A stretch of DNA of 64,000 nucleotides from Gemmatimonadota bacterium. Lineage in GTDB: Bacteria > Gemmatimonadota > Gemmatimonadetes > Palauibacterales > Palauibacteraceae. The DNA lies in assembly GCA_046758745.1 (NCBI GenBank), contig JBHIAV010000012.1:1-64000 (forward strand), given 5' to 3'. Of the stretch, positions 19,173-31,098 are shown in pieces (the stretch's first letter is position 1; each line of letters starts with the position of its first letter). Both the position numbers and the translations under genes were made by a program. A model generated the notes under the pieces. It did not search any database, had not been told where the DNA came from, and saw only the letters and a list, made by a program, of their open reading frames with translations.

Positions 19173-19413
19173 CGGACCGTGGACCCCGCTCCGGTCGGGT
19201 GTCGACCGCTCGCATCCGAGTGATACGAGGAACCGGCGGCCCCGGTTTCCGGCGCGGGGCCGCGTCGTGAGGCCCAGCAAGTGTAACGGCGGGCCGGGAG
19301 CGGATCAACGGGGGCCGGGAGCGAAATCAACGGCACGCCGAAAGCGGATCAACGGGGGCCGAAAGCGGATCAACGGGGGGCCGGGAGCGGATCAACGGGG
19401 GGCCGGGAGCGGA

Positions 19414-22299
<2,886 letters not shown>

Positions 22300-22333
22300 A
22301 GCAATATATGCTAGAGGGCGGGGGCCCCTTGGA

Positions 22334-24043
22334 TCAAGCCTCGCGTCCCTCCTCGCTGAGCATCGGCTCGATTCCGTAGCCGGTGAGCTGCCCCCGCTCG
22401 GCACGGTGCGCCATCCGGCGAACGAGCAGGACCTCCAGGCCGGCAGCCCCCACGATCACGAAGAGCACCAGGAGGTAGCTCGAGGCGGACGCCGGCTCCT
22501 TCAGGTACAGATAGTACCAGGAGGAGAGGGCCATCTTGAGGCCCGTCTCGCCGTTGGCCCCGTCCCATACGTGGAAAGCGACGGGAATGAACGCTCCCGG
22601 GCGTAGGTGGACATCACTCGACCCCTGCGGCGCGGTGAGCGGCCTTCGGATGACGAGCCTCCACCGGCCGTCCCGCCACATCGCATCCCCCGTAGCAAGC
22701 GGGCCCTCGGCGGACGCGGGCTGCGGCGGCTCCCTGACGCCACTCCCACGCAACTGCACGAGGGACAGGGGAGCGCTGCGGTCGTTTGCAAGATCCGCCC
22801 GCCAGCGGAGCAGCTCCACCGGCTGGTCCGGGCTCCCGTACACGAAGTGGGGCAGGATGGGGCCACCGTCGTAACGGACGGGAAACAGAATCTCGGCCGC
22901 ATCCGGGTACGTGCCGCGCACGCGGAGGCCTTCCGGATAGAGGATCGGGTAGGTATCGTCGGCGTTCCAGCCCGCCTCCACCGCCGCATCGGAATCCACG
23001 GACGCCGTGTCCGCGAACCTGTCATCCCAGGTCAGCAGAAGCGCGATCTCTTCCGCGTTGTACACCGCCCTGACGGTCAGGTCGGTCACCGCCGGAATCT
23101 GCCAGCGTGGCGCGAAGGTGGCCTGGCCGGTGAGGGGCAGCCACACCTCGGCGGCGGCCTCCCACGCAGGGTCGTCGGGACTCGATGGGAGGTCGCCCTG
23201 CGCGAGCCGCGCGGTGATCACGGCGCCAGCGGCGCGGTCGGTCGCCGGGCCCTCGGCCACAGAGGCGATGTAGTAGGCCAGCTGCCAGCGCTCCTCCTCG
23301 GTGATGGTTTCCGAGTACGATGGCATCGGCGTGCCGTCCAGCCCCGTGCTGAGTCGCATGTAGATGTCCCGCACCGCGAGGCCACCCTTGAACCTCCATC
23401 CGAGGTGGACATCGGCGGGCCACACGGGAAGGTCCCAGTCATCCGTGAGCTCGGCCGCCCGCTCTCCATCGCCTCGCCCCTCGGCGCCGTGGCACTCCCA
23501 GCAGTCGGCCTCATCGAACACGAGGCGTCCCCTGGCGATGAGCGAGTCCCTCCTCCCTCCGGGCGGCGAACCGACCTCCACGACGAATTGGTACGGGTCG
23601 AACGCTTCGTCCTCGAACAGGTCCGCCGCGAAGGTCTTGATGTACGAGATGACCTGCCACCGCTCCTCGGCCGTCAGCACGGACTGCCAGCTCGGCATCG
23701 CCGTCCCCGGAATGCCGAGGGAGATGGTTCGGAAAAGGTCCTCGTCGGTGGGGAGCTCGCCGCTCTCCGTGGTGCGTAGCTTGTAGCTCCCGGCCGTGAA
23801 GTCCCGCGGCCTCGGCCAGAGGTAGACCGCTACGGGGCCGTCGCCGTCGCCCTCCTCTCCGTGACAGAACCAGCACCGCTCCTCGTAGATCCTCCGTCCG
23901 GCCTCCACGGCGGCCGCGTCCGCGGCCGGTCGCGCCGGGACGCTCAGCTCGAGCCACTGGGCCGGGCCGGGAGACGGAGCGATCAGCCAAATCCCCGCAG
24001 CGAGCAGAGGGGAGAGAAGCGCCGAGTGCGGGCCGGTCCTCAC
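22334..24043 (-). CDS. Diheme cytochrome c fused to an ethylbenzene dehydrogenase gamma (EbdC/NxrC)-like domain, C-terminal TM anchor
   Basis: Signal peptide, CWFCH, CWECH, distal MP motifs, then [34 protein letters not shown] and a TM helix; GTGA overlap. Confidence 0.82.
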   Translation of the reverse strand: MRTGPHSALLSPLLAAGIWLIAPSPGPAQWLELSVPARPAADAAAVEAGRRIYEERCWFCHGEEGDGDGPVAVYLWPRPRDFTAGSYKLRTTESGELPTDEDLFRTISLGIPGTAMPSWQSVLTAEERWQVISYIKTFAADLFEDEAFDPYQFVVEVGSPPGGRRDSLIARGRLVFDEADCWECHGAEGRGDGERAAELTDDWDLPVWPADVHLGWRFKGGLAVRDIYMRLSTGLDGTPMPSYSETITEEERWQLAYYIASVAEGPATDRAAGAVITARLAQGDLPSSPDDPAWEAAAEVWLPLTGQATFAPRWQIPAVTDLTVRAVYNAEEIALLLTWDDRFADTASVDSDAAVEAGWNADDTYPILYPEGLRVRGTYPDAAEILFPVRYDGGPILPHFVYGSPDQPVELLRWRADLANDRSAPLSLVQLRGSGVREPPQPASAEGPLATGDAMWRDGRWRLVIRRPLTAPQGSSDVHLRPGAFIPVAFHVWDGANGETGLKMALSSWYYLYLKEPASASSYLLVLFVIVGAAGLEVLLVRRMAHRAERGQLTGYGIEPMLSEEGREA

Positions 24044-24858
24044 TCTCCTCCACCCTCCGGGATCCGCGGCTCGGTGCCGGCGATGCGGTATTCGGCCATG
24101 ATGATCCGCCACATGTCGTCCTCCTCCAGCTCGTCTCCCCAGGCGGGCATAGCCGAATGCCAAGGGGTGGCGATCCCGGGCAAGCCGATCCCTCCCTGCT
24201 GGATGCGCCAGAACGGATACGCCTCCACGAGGGTCGAGATGGTGCCCGGGTCTGAGAAGTCGACGGGCCGCAGGCGAAGCCCCCTGGCGAGCGGGCCCGA
24301 GCCGTCGGCCTTGGTTCCGTGGCAGGGCCGGCAGTTCTTCTGGTACAGAACGACGCCCTCGAGCTCGGCGGCGGTCCGTGCCTCGGCCGGCAGCCGGCGG
24401 AACGGGTTCTCGACGGCCGCGTACTCTCGGGGCAGGGTGGGGTGCTGGACCCGGAGGGCGGCCGGCGGCTGCATCTGGGGCATCACCCGCTGCCAGGCCA
24501 CCCAGCCCGCCAGCGCCGGAAGAAGCCCCAGCACGAGCAGCTGCGACCTGCGCCTTCCAGCCGGCCGGAGGACGAACAGCCGGACCACGGGACCCAGGAA
24601 GAGCCGCCACCGTCTCTCTTCGCTGCTCAGGTAGACCAGGGCCCCGAACGCCGCGCAGATGAGGTAGATGGCCCGCGCGAAGCCGGGGACGGGCGCAGGT
24701 CGCTCGCCGGCTCCCATCCACACGGTGAGCCACGGCACCAGGAAGCGCAGGGCGAGATACACGGCGAGCAGGACGATCGCGGTCCACAGGAAGACCCTCG
24801 GCTCGCGCGAGTCTTCATGCTCCCCGCCGGCGCCGACCTCTCCTCGTTTCCAGCCCAT
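24040..24858 (-). CDS. Membrane-bound monoheme cytochrome c
   Basis: Three hydrophobic segments, CRPCH, SAMPAW. Confidence 0.85.
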   Translation of the reverse strand: MGWKRGEVGAGGEHEDSREPRVFLWTAIVLLAVYLALRFLVPWLTVWMGAGERPAPVPGFARAIYLICAAFGALVYLSSEERRWRLFLGPVVRLFVLRPAGRRRSQLLVLGLLPALAGWVAWQRVMPQMQPPAALRVQHPTLPREYAAVENPFRRLPAEARTAAELEGVVLYQKNCRPCHGTKADGSGPLARGLRLRPVDFSDPGTISTLVEAYPFWRIQQGGIGLPGIATPWHSAMPAWGDELEEDDMWRIIMAEYRIAGTEPRIPEGGGE

Positions 24859-24870
24859 GCCGGTCCGGCC

Positions 24871-25851
24871 CTACTGCAGGGTGAACAGAAAGGCGAGGAC
24901 GTCGTGCAGCTCCGACACCGTGAGGACGTCGGCGAAGTTGTCGGGCATCAGCGAGAGCTCCTGGGTGCGACGCCGTGCGATGTCGGTGAGTGCAATGGCG
25001 AACTCCTCGCCCTCGGAGGTGGCCAGCCACAGGGAGTCGCCGCTCTCCCGGCGCACCAGCCCGTCGACCAGCCGGCCGTCGGTCAACTGTATCAGCTCCG
25101 ACTCGTACCCGCTGGCGATCTCCCTGCTGGGCTCGAGGATCGACTCGACGATGAACTGCCGCGTGCGCGTACCCGCGACCGACGTCAGCTCCGGGCCGAC
25201 GTCGCCCCCTTCCTCCCCCACCCGGTGACACTTCGCGCACGGAGCGGGGCCACCCACGTCGAAGAAGATCTCGCGGCCGCGCAGCGAGTCGCCCTCCAGG
25301 TAGGGCTCCCAGGGCTGCTCCAGGGTTCGGCGCTGCCGGGCCAGACGGATCTCCTCCGGGAGCTCGATGGCGCCCGGATCCGGAACCCCGCCCAGCGACT
25401 GCAGATAGAGGATGACCGAGGAGATCTCATCGGGGCCGAGGCTGATCGGAGGCTCGTACACCTTTGGCATCTCGTCCTTGTAGCCCTCCACCACGTGGGC
25501 GCTCGGACTCGCGATGGACTCGACGAGATACTCCGTGGCGGAAAGCTCTTCGCCCAGCTCGGCTCCCCGCTCGCGCGCGCGCTCGACGGCCCGCATGGCG
25601 ATCACCGGACCATCCGCGGACTCGCCCAGATTGGGACAGCGAACCGAACTGCCCCGCGTTCCGATCGAATGGCAGGTGTGGCACTTGCCGGGTCCCCAGA
25701 AGATCTGCTCCCCGTTCTCCACGCTCACGCCCTCGCCGATCGCGGCCACGCTCGCGCCTCCGGAGGCCCTGGTAACGACCTCGCCCGCCAGGACGAACAG
25801 GCCGATCAGGGCGACCGTGAAGACCGGCCCTTTGATCCAGAAGCTCGGCAT
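24871..25851 (-). CDS. Membrane-anchored diheme cytochrome c
   Basis: N-terminal TM, CHTCH..EMP, CAKCH..ESILEPS..SLMP. Confidence 0.87.
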   Translation of the reverse strand: MPSFWIKGPVFTVALIGLFVLAGEVVTRASGGASVAAIGEGVSVENGEQIFWGPGKCHTCHSIGTRGSSVRCPNLGESADGPVIAMRAVERARERGAELGEELSATEYLVESIASPSAHVVEGYKDEMPKVYEPPISLGPDEISSVILYLQSLGGVPDPGAIELPEEIRLARQRRTLEQPWEPYLEGDSLRGREIFFDVGGPAPCAKCHRVGEEGGDVGPELTSVAGTRTRQFIVESILEPSREIASGYESELIQLTDGRLVDGLVRRESGDSLWLATSEGEEFAIALTDIARRRTQELSLMPDNFADVLTVSELHDVLAFLFTLQ

Positions 25852-25885
25852 AGGCGTCCTTTCTCCGGCGGGTGGAGCGCCCCTG

Positions 25886-27916
25886 CTAGCCAGGGCTCGC
25901 GGCGCTGGAGATGGCTCCGGCGGGCTCGGCCGCCCGTGCGACCTCCCTCTCCTTCCCGGTGAGACTCGCGAGCCAGAACAGGAAGGCCACGGCGACGAGA
26001 AAGACGAGCGTGATGCTCCCGACCATGCGCGCCATCACCGCGTTGCTCGGGGTGAAGGCCCATTCCGAGGTATCCTGGAGCACTCCGTAGATGTGCCAGT
26101 TCTCGCGCAGGCCGGAGCGAATGAAGCCCATGAGCCCCATGGTCAGGACGATCGTGACGCACAGCGAGATGAGCGCGTACTGGGAGCGGGCGGTCACCTC
26201 TCCCCACCGGATGGCACCGATGCTTCGCGCGCCCCGGAAGAGCAACACATCGATCGCCGTGATGAGGATCAGGGCCGTCATGAGAATGAGCCACTGGGCC
26301 ACGGCGATCTGGCGGAGGAACGGGTTCGCCTCGGTCATCACGATGAAGCCGTATACGCCCAGCACACCCACCGACTCGATCGCCACGACCGTGAAGTAGA
26401 TGATCTGGGCCAGGTGTCCCCGGTCGCGCAGCGAGAGGCCCACGCAGCCCACCACCGCCAGCATCGTCGCGACGAGCAGGAACGCCGGCAGCCGAAAGTA
26501 GACCGCCTTCTCCGGCGCGAGGTCCAGCGTCTCGGGCGCGAGGGTGAAGAGCACCCTGGCGTACCACCCGAGGATGAGGAGGCACAGCGCACCGGCGGCC
26601 AGGAGAACGGCCTTGGCTCCTCGCCCCTGCCGCGAGAGCGGCCGGAGATCGGTCTTGTTCGCCCGGCGATACACCAGAAAGCTCGCGAAGGTGGTGAGGA
26701 TGATGAAGTTGATCACGGCGTTCTTCGCGGACATCAGGCCGAGGTAGCCGAGGAGCGGATGGACCTGTCCCCCGAGGGCCAGCTGCTCCTCCGCGCTCAA
26801 CGGGATGTTCCGCGGCGTGAGCCATATGGCGACGCAGACGACCAGGATGGCGTTGAAGTACTTGACGAACTTCTGATAGCGCTCCGCCCCCGGGATCCGA
26901 CCCATCCCGGACCACAGGTAGTAGTTTCCGACGATGAAGATGAGCCCGACGAGCATCGCCTGCATGATGAAGGTCCACGAGAAGGCGCCCCCCATCATGT
27001 TGTTCCCCATGATGGGGCTGGCGCTGTAGATCTCGCGGCCCAGGTAGTACCCGGCGAACGGCAGCGGGATGAGCGCAGAGAGCCCGACGAAGTTGCCTAC
27101 ATAGCCCATCCAATCGTAGTGCGCCCGCTCCTCGGACGTTCGTGCGGACAGGAGCCTCACGGCCGCGTACGCGCCCACCACGAATCCCCCGAAAGCCACG
27201 TTTCCCAGGATTCGGTGGATGTTCAGCGGCATCCACAGGGGGTTGGCGACCGCCTCCATTGTGGTCCCGACGAACGCTCCGCTCTCGTCGACTCCGACCG
27301 GGCTCATCATGTACGTTGCCCACGCATTCCCGAGGAAGACGAGGGCGGTACCCGACACATTGAGCAGCACGCCGAGCGACAGGTGGAGCCCCTTACGCCG
27401 GCGAAGCCGCTCCCACGAGTTGTAGTAGAGATAGAGGAGAGCCGTCTCCACGAAGAAGAACCCCGCGTAGACGTACATCGAGGGCGCGAAGATGCGGACG
27501 AAGTAGCTGGCGAATCGCGGGTAGAGTCCGAAGAGGGTAAACGCCAGCAGCCCTCCGAGGGCGGCGGTGGTGGCAAAAGCGGCGGCGAGAAGCTTGGTGA
27601 ATTCGTGGGCGAGCCGGTCGTAGCGGATGTCCCCCGTGCGCCACCCGATGAACTCCACGATTACAGCGAAGATCGGCACGCCCAGGACGAAGGCGGCGAA
27701 GAGGAGATGCAGCTGGGCGACGAACCACACCACCCTCCTCGGACTCAGCCCGAAGAAGTCGCGGACTTCATCGGCCGCCGCGAGGGGATCGGCCTGAGCC
27801 GCCCAGAGCGCTTCGGGCGCGAGCAGCCAGAAGCCGACGAAGGTCGCGACGGCGACGGCGGGGGGGATCCATCCGCCCCCTGCTCGCCGAACGGGACGCC
27901 AGCGACTGCCGCTCAC
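25886..27916 (-). CDS. Cytochrome bd subunit I (CydA)-like oxidoreductase, Nitrospira-type bd-like family
   Basis: Helix I QLHLLFAAFVLG, ATYMMSP, PLNIHRILGN, C-terminal MGFIRSGLRENWHIYG in place of EYGRQPW; many TM helices; no cydB nearby. Confidence 0.85.
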   Translation of the reverse strand: MSGSRWRPVRRAGGGWIPPAVAVATFVGFWLLAPEALWAAQADPLAAADEVRDFFGLSPRRVVWFVAQLHLLFAAFVLGVPIFAVIVEFIGWRTGDIRYDRLAHEFTKLLAAAFATTAALGGLLAFTLFGLYPRFASYFVRIFAPSMYVYAGFFFVETALLYLYYNSWERLRRRKGLHLSLGVLLNVSGTALVFLGNAWATYMMSPVGVDESGAFVGTTMEAVANPLWMPLNIHRILGNVAFGGFVVGAYAAVRLLSARTSEERAHYDWMGYVGNFVGLSALIPLPFAGYYLGREIYSASPIMGNNMMGGAFSWTFIMQAMLVGLIFIVGNYYLWSGMGRIPGAERYQKFVKYFNAILVVCVAIWLTPRNIPLSAEEQLALGGQVHPLLGYLGLMSAKNAVINFIILTTFASFLVYRRANKTDLRPLSRQGRGAKAVLLAAGALCLLILGWYARVLFTLAPETLDLAPEKAVYFRLPAFLLVATMLAVVGCVGLSLRDRGHLAQIIYFTVVAIESVGVLGVYGFIVMTEANPFLRQIAVAQWLILMTALILITAIDVLLFRGARSIGAIRWGEVTARSQYALISLCVTIVLTMGLMGFIRSGLRENWHIYGVLQDTSEWAFTPSNAVMARMVGSITLVFLVAVAFLFWLASLTGKEREVARAAEPAGAISSAASPG

Positions 27917-27925
27917 GGCCGTCGG

Positions 27926-28747
27926 TCAGCCCTTGCTCATCTCAAGACTGACGCTGGTCGTCTCTCCCGAGGTTACTGTCACCGTGTGGCTGCTCGCTCC
28001 GAGCGCCTCGTGCCATGCCTCCAAGGTGTACGTGCCCGGCGGCACGTCCTCGATCACGAAGTTTCCATCGCGGTCGGTCAGCGCATGGTAGGGATGGTCG
28101 ATGACGACGATCCAGGCACCCATCCAGTCGTGAACATCACACCCCACCTTCACCTTCTCCGGAACGCGGAAGGTAACGTCGATCTTGCGCACACCGGGCG
28201 GCTGGGCCCGATTCAGCGGACGGTTCTCGAAGGTGAGCGTGTGAACGTTGTGCATGATCGGGTCGCTGTTCAGGACCTCGACCGTCGCTCCGGCGGGAGC
28301 GAACAGCACATGAGGCCGGAAACCGCACTCTCTCTGGTCGAGAACGGGAGGCGATGTGGGCATCTCCAGAGCCGCGCCGCTGGCAATGTCCACCAGCGAG
28401 ACAACGGCGTCCGCCAGCCCTTTGTTCCCGCCAACCCGCAGCGTCTCCACCTGACGAAGGCCTCCGCAGGTCTCCGCGTCCTCCGTCACCGTGATCGTCT
28501 GCGGGGCCGGCACCGCCCCGACGAAGCGGACGGTTCCGCGGATGGTTCCACCGTTCGTCACCTCGACCACGGTGTAGCTAGATGCGCTCTCGACGCCGGG
28601 CTCGGGCGTGGACGCTTCCTCGAGCGGCGCCGTCTCTGCGGCGGTCTCCCGGGCGTCGCCGGCTGCGCCCCCGCACGCTCCCACGGCGAGGGCAAGGGCG
28701 GCGAGGAGACCCGCACCTTCTATACCTTCTATCCAATTCCGTCTCAT
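27926..28747 (-). CDS. Lipoprotein with cupredoxin-like and carboxypeptidase-regulatory-like domains
   Basis: Lipobox VGAC; NSDPIMHNVH..GCDVHDWM; VPPGTYTLEAWHE. Confidence 0.8.
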   Translation of the reverse strand: MRRNWIEGIEGAGLLAALALAVGACGGAAGDARETAAETAPLEEASTPEPGVESASSYTVVEVTNGGTIRGTVRFVGAVPAPQTITVTEDAETCGGLRQVETLRVGGNKGLADAVVSLVDIASGAALEMPTSPPVLDQRECGFRPHVLFAPAGATVEVLNSDPIMHNVHTLTFENRPLNRAQPPGVRKIDVTFRVPEKVKVGCDVHDWMGAWIVVIDHPYHALTDRDGNFVIEDVPPGTYTLEAWHEALGASSHTVTVTSGETTSVSLEMSKG

Positions 28748-29481
28748 CTTCCCCCCTCGGCGGTGGATGTGGCCGCCGCCGGCGCAAGAGTGAACTCGAC
28801 CGTCGTCGCGGCGTTCGGACGCACCGTCACCTCCAGCTCCTGCTCCCCGAGGACCTCGTGCCACGCCTTCAGAGTGTAGGTGCCGGGTGGGACGCCTTCG
28901 ATCTCGAAGGCTCCGGATTCGGCGCTCACGGCAAAGTAGGGATGGTCGAAGATCAGGATCTTGGCGTGCATCCACGAGTGCGCGTCGCACGAGACGTCGA
29001 TGACCCCCGCCCGACGGAGCGGCCGGTCGGCGGTGACCTTGGATCCCTGGCTCGACAGCGCCCAGTTTCCGACCGTTCGGGTTCGCCCGTTTCGCTCGAG
29101 GTTCAGGTGCGTATTGTGGAGGACCTCGTCCCGATTGTCGATGATGAGCTTGCCGCCGACCGCAGCGGCCAGAACCGGCGGATCGAAGCTGCACCCGGAA
29201 TTCGACAGGCGGAACTCCTGCGGCGGGACCTCTCCCTCCAGCCCTTCGACGAAGACGACGGCGTAGGCGACCCGTCCGTCCTTTATCACCACATCCCGCG
29301 CCTGAATCGTCTCGCCACAGAACTCCCGGTTCTTCGTGACCTTGAGCAGGCGTGGCGCCGGGGCGGTCCCTTCGATCCGGACCGTGCCCTGGATCGTGCC
29401 GGTCTGGGCCACTCCCCCCGGCGGCATGACCATCAGGGCCGCCAGCGCGGCCGAGACGCCGAATCCGTATCTCAACAGCAC
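28744..29481 (-). CDS. Periplasmic paralog with cupredoxin-like and carboxypeptidase-regulatory-like domains
   Basis: GTG with GGAGGAG RBS; NRDEVLHNTH..SCDAHSWM; VPPGTYTLKAWHE. Confidence 0.8.
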   Translation of the reverse strand: MLLRYGFGVSAALAALMVMPPGGVAQTGTIQGTVRIEGTAPAPRLLKVTKNREFCGETIQARDVVIKDGRVAYAVVFVEGLEGEVPPQEFRLSNSGCSFDPPVLAAAVGGKLIIDNRDEVLHNTHLNLERNGRTRTVGNWALSSQGSKVTADRPLRRAGVIDVSCDAHSWMHAKILIFDHPYFAVSAESGAFEIEGVPPGTYTLKAWHEVLGEQELEVTVRPNAATTVEFTLAPAAATSTAEGGR

Positions 29482-29542
29482 GCTCTCCTCCTTTCCAAGT
29501 CGCCGCGGACTACCGGCGGACCGGCCGTCCGTGGCCAGACGA

Positions 29543-30634
29543 TCAGAAGTACACATGCATCTCCAGACTCACCCGATCGAGGTCGGTCGTGGCCTGCGGT
29601 ATGTCTTCGAGCAGCGTGTAGAAGGCCGATAGCTGCAGAAACTGGATCGGGAAGGTTTCGAGACCGAACCGCAATCGAATGCGCGCGTTCTCCCCGATGC
29701 TCCGGTTCGGATCCAGGAAGCCGTAGGTGGCCTTCACGTTGAGACCGGGCACGGCCAGAAAATCCCCTTCCAGGAAGGCGGCGAACTGTCTCAGCTGGGA
29801 ACCGGATTCGGGCGTGTCGAAGATGTAGTCGAACTCGCCCAGGAATGTGAACCGGCCCAGGTTGAATCCGCCGAACGCACCCACCACCTCCCGCTTGCTG
29901 CTCGGCCCCTCGTTCGTCGACGCCGAAGCCCCGACCCTGAACCTGCGGAGGATGAGGGCCGTGGTGGCGGTGACCTGCTTGTCGCTGTTGTTCTCGCCCG
30001 CCCCCTGGGTGCCGTTCGTCACCGAGAGGAACAGCGAGAGGGGCCCGGGCTCGATCCCCACCTCGACCCCCAGGTCCGGCGTGTTGTAGTTGAATCCCGT
30101 GCGCTCGCGGATGAACTCCGAGTCATCCACCAGACGGAGCCCGTACGGCAGAAGGAACTTGCCCGCCTTCACGTAGCCGTCGAGCGGCAGGCCCTCGACG
30201 ATGCCGAAGGCCTCCCGAGTGCTGGCGCTCCCCGGCCCGAAGAGCTGATCGACGTAGAAGGCGAGCACATCCGGAACCACGCGCGCCTCGAGCTGGACGC
30301 TCTCCTCCACGACTTGGATGGAGCTGCGCGGGCTGGTCTCGGTCACCGTGCCCGAGGCGAGGACCCGGAAGTTGCCTCCCACCGAGAGGAAGTCGTTCAG
30401 GGACCGGTTGAGGAACTTGAACTTCACAAAGGGAAGGCGTGTCTGGGCGTACACGCTCCCGAAATCCGTCCGTCCCCCCCCGCCCGTCCGGTTCACGTGA
30501 CACTGAGAGCAGCGCAGACCGGTGCGCACGGAGAGATACGGCTCCTCCTCCCCCGCGCGCAGGCCGTGCGGCACGACGGCGAGGAGACAAATCGCCACGC
30601 CGATCGAGACGCAGCCGCTCCCTGACCGGGTCAT
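29543..30634 (-). CDS. Monoheme cytochrome c / outer-membrane beta-barrel fusion
   Basis: Signal peptide, EPYLSVRTGLRCSQCHVN, amphipathic beta strands, YVKAGKFLLPYG, terminal LEMHVYF. Confidence 0.78.
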   Translation of the reverse strand: MTRSGSGCVSIGVAICLLAVVPHGLRAGEEEPYLSVRTGLRCSQCHVNRTGGGGRTDFGSVYAQTRLPFVKFKFLNRSLNDFLSVGGNFRVLASGTVTETSPRSSIQVVEESVQLEARVVPDVLAFYVDQLFGPGSASTREAFGIVEGLPLDGYVKAGKFLLPYGLRLVDDSEFIRERTGFNYNTPDLGVEVGIEPGPLSLFLSVTNGTQGAGENNSDKQVTATTALILRRFRVGASASTNEGPSSKREVVGAFGGFNLGRFTFLGEFDYIFDTPESGSQLRQFAAFLEGDFLAVPGLNVKATYGFLDPNRSIGENARIRLRFGLETFPIQFLQLSAFYTLLEDIPQATTDLDRVSLEMHVYF

Positions 30635-30654
30635 CGGCTTCCTCCGTATTCGTG

Positions 30655-31098
30655 TTAGTTGTCCTGGGCGCCCTCGGCGATCCATTCCCGGATGGCGGAG
30701 ATCTGATCCTCCGAGAGCGGCGAGAGTCCGAGCGGCATTCGGCCGCCCACGATGCCCTGACGCCCCTCGATCTTCCACACGATGTAGCTGGAGTCCGGCA
30801 CTCCGGGATCGACGCGCAGCAGTTCCGGAATCTCGATGCTGGCTACCCCCACGAGGTTCCCCCGCGAGACTCCCGCATCGAGCGCCAGCCCCAGCGGAGC
30901 CGCGGCGCCCGTGTGGCAGCGCGTGCAGATCGCGCTGAAGACGTTGTCCTGGATCGAGCTCAACGTCGGAGCCAGCTGTAGGCCGGGCGGTCCCAGCGGG
31001 TTGCCGAACTCGTCCAAGCCCGTCCCGTCGCCCGCGCAGCCCGAAGAAAAGGCGATGGCCAGGACGGCCAGTGCGGCAACGTGCCGCTGACCGATCAT
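30655..31098 (-). CDS. Monoheme cytochrome c lipoprotein
   Basis: Lipobox SSGC, CTRCH, GRMPLG, IREWIAEGA; ATGA overlap. Confidence 0.82.
   Translation of the reverse strand: MIGQRHVAALAVLAIAFSSGCAGDGTGLDEFGNPLGPPGLQLAPTLSSIQDNVFSAICTRCHTGAAAPLGLALDAGVSRGNLVGVASIEIPELLRVDPGVPDSSYIVWKIEGRQGIVGGRMPLGLSPLSEDQISAIREWIAEGAQDN

Noticed and set aside
18520-19308. Long N-terminal extensions in the ORF track (e.g. YbjN-like from 19308, dapA-like from 7720, thiE from 59374)
   Set aside because: They overlap genuine upstream genes; starts were trimmed using homology, RBS or stop overlaps.
25514-28879. 1121-aa plus-strand ORF, and other long antisense ORFs such as 4760-7036, 18361-20712 and 58093-60309
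   Set aside because: These are antisense shadows of well-supported minus-strand genes in high-GC DNA and show no recognisable motifs.
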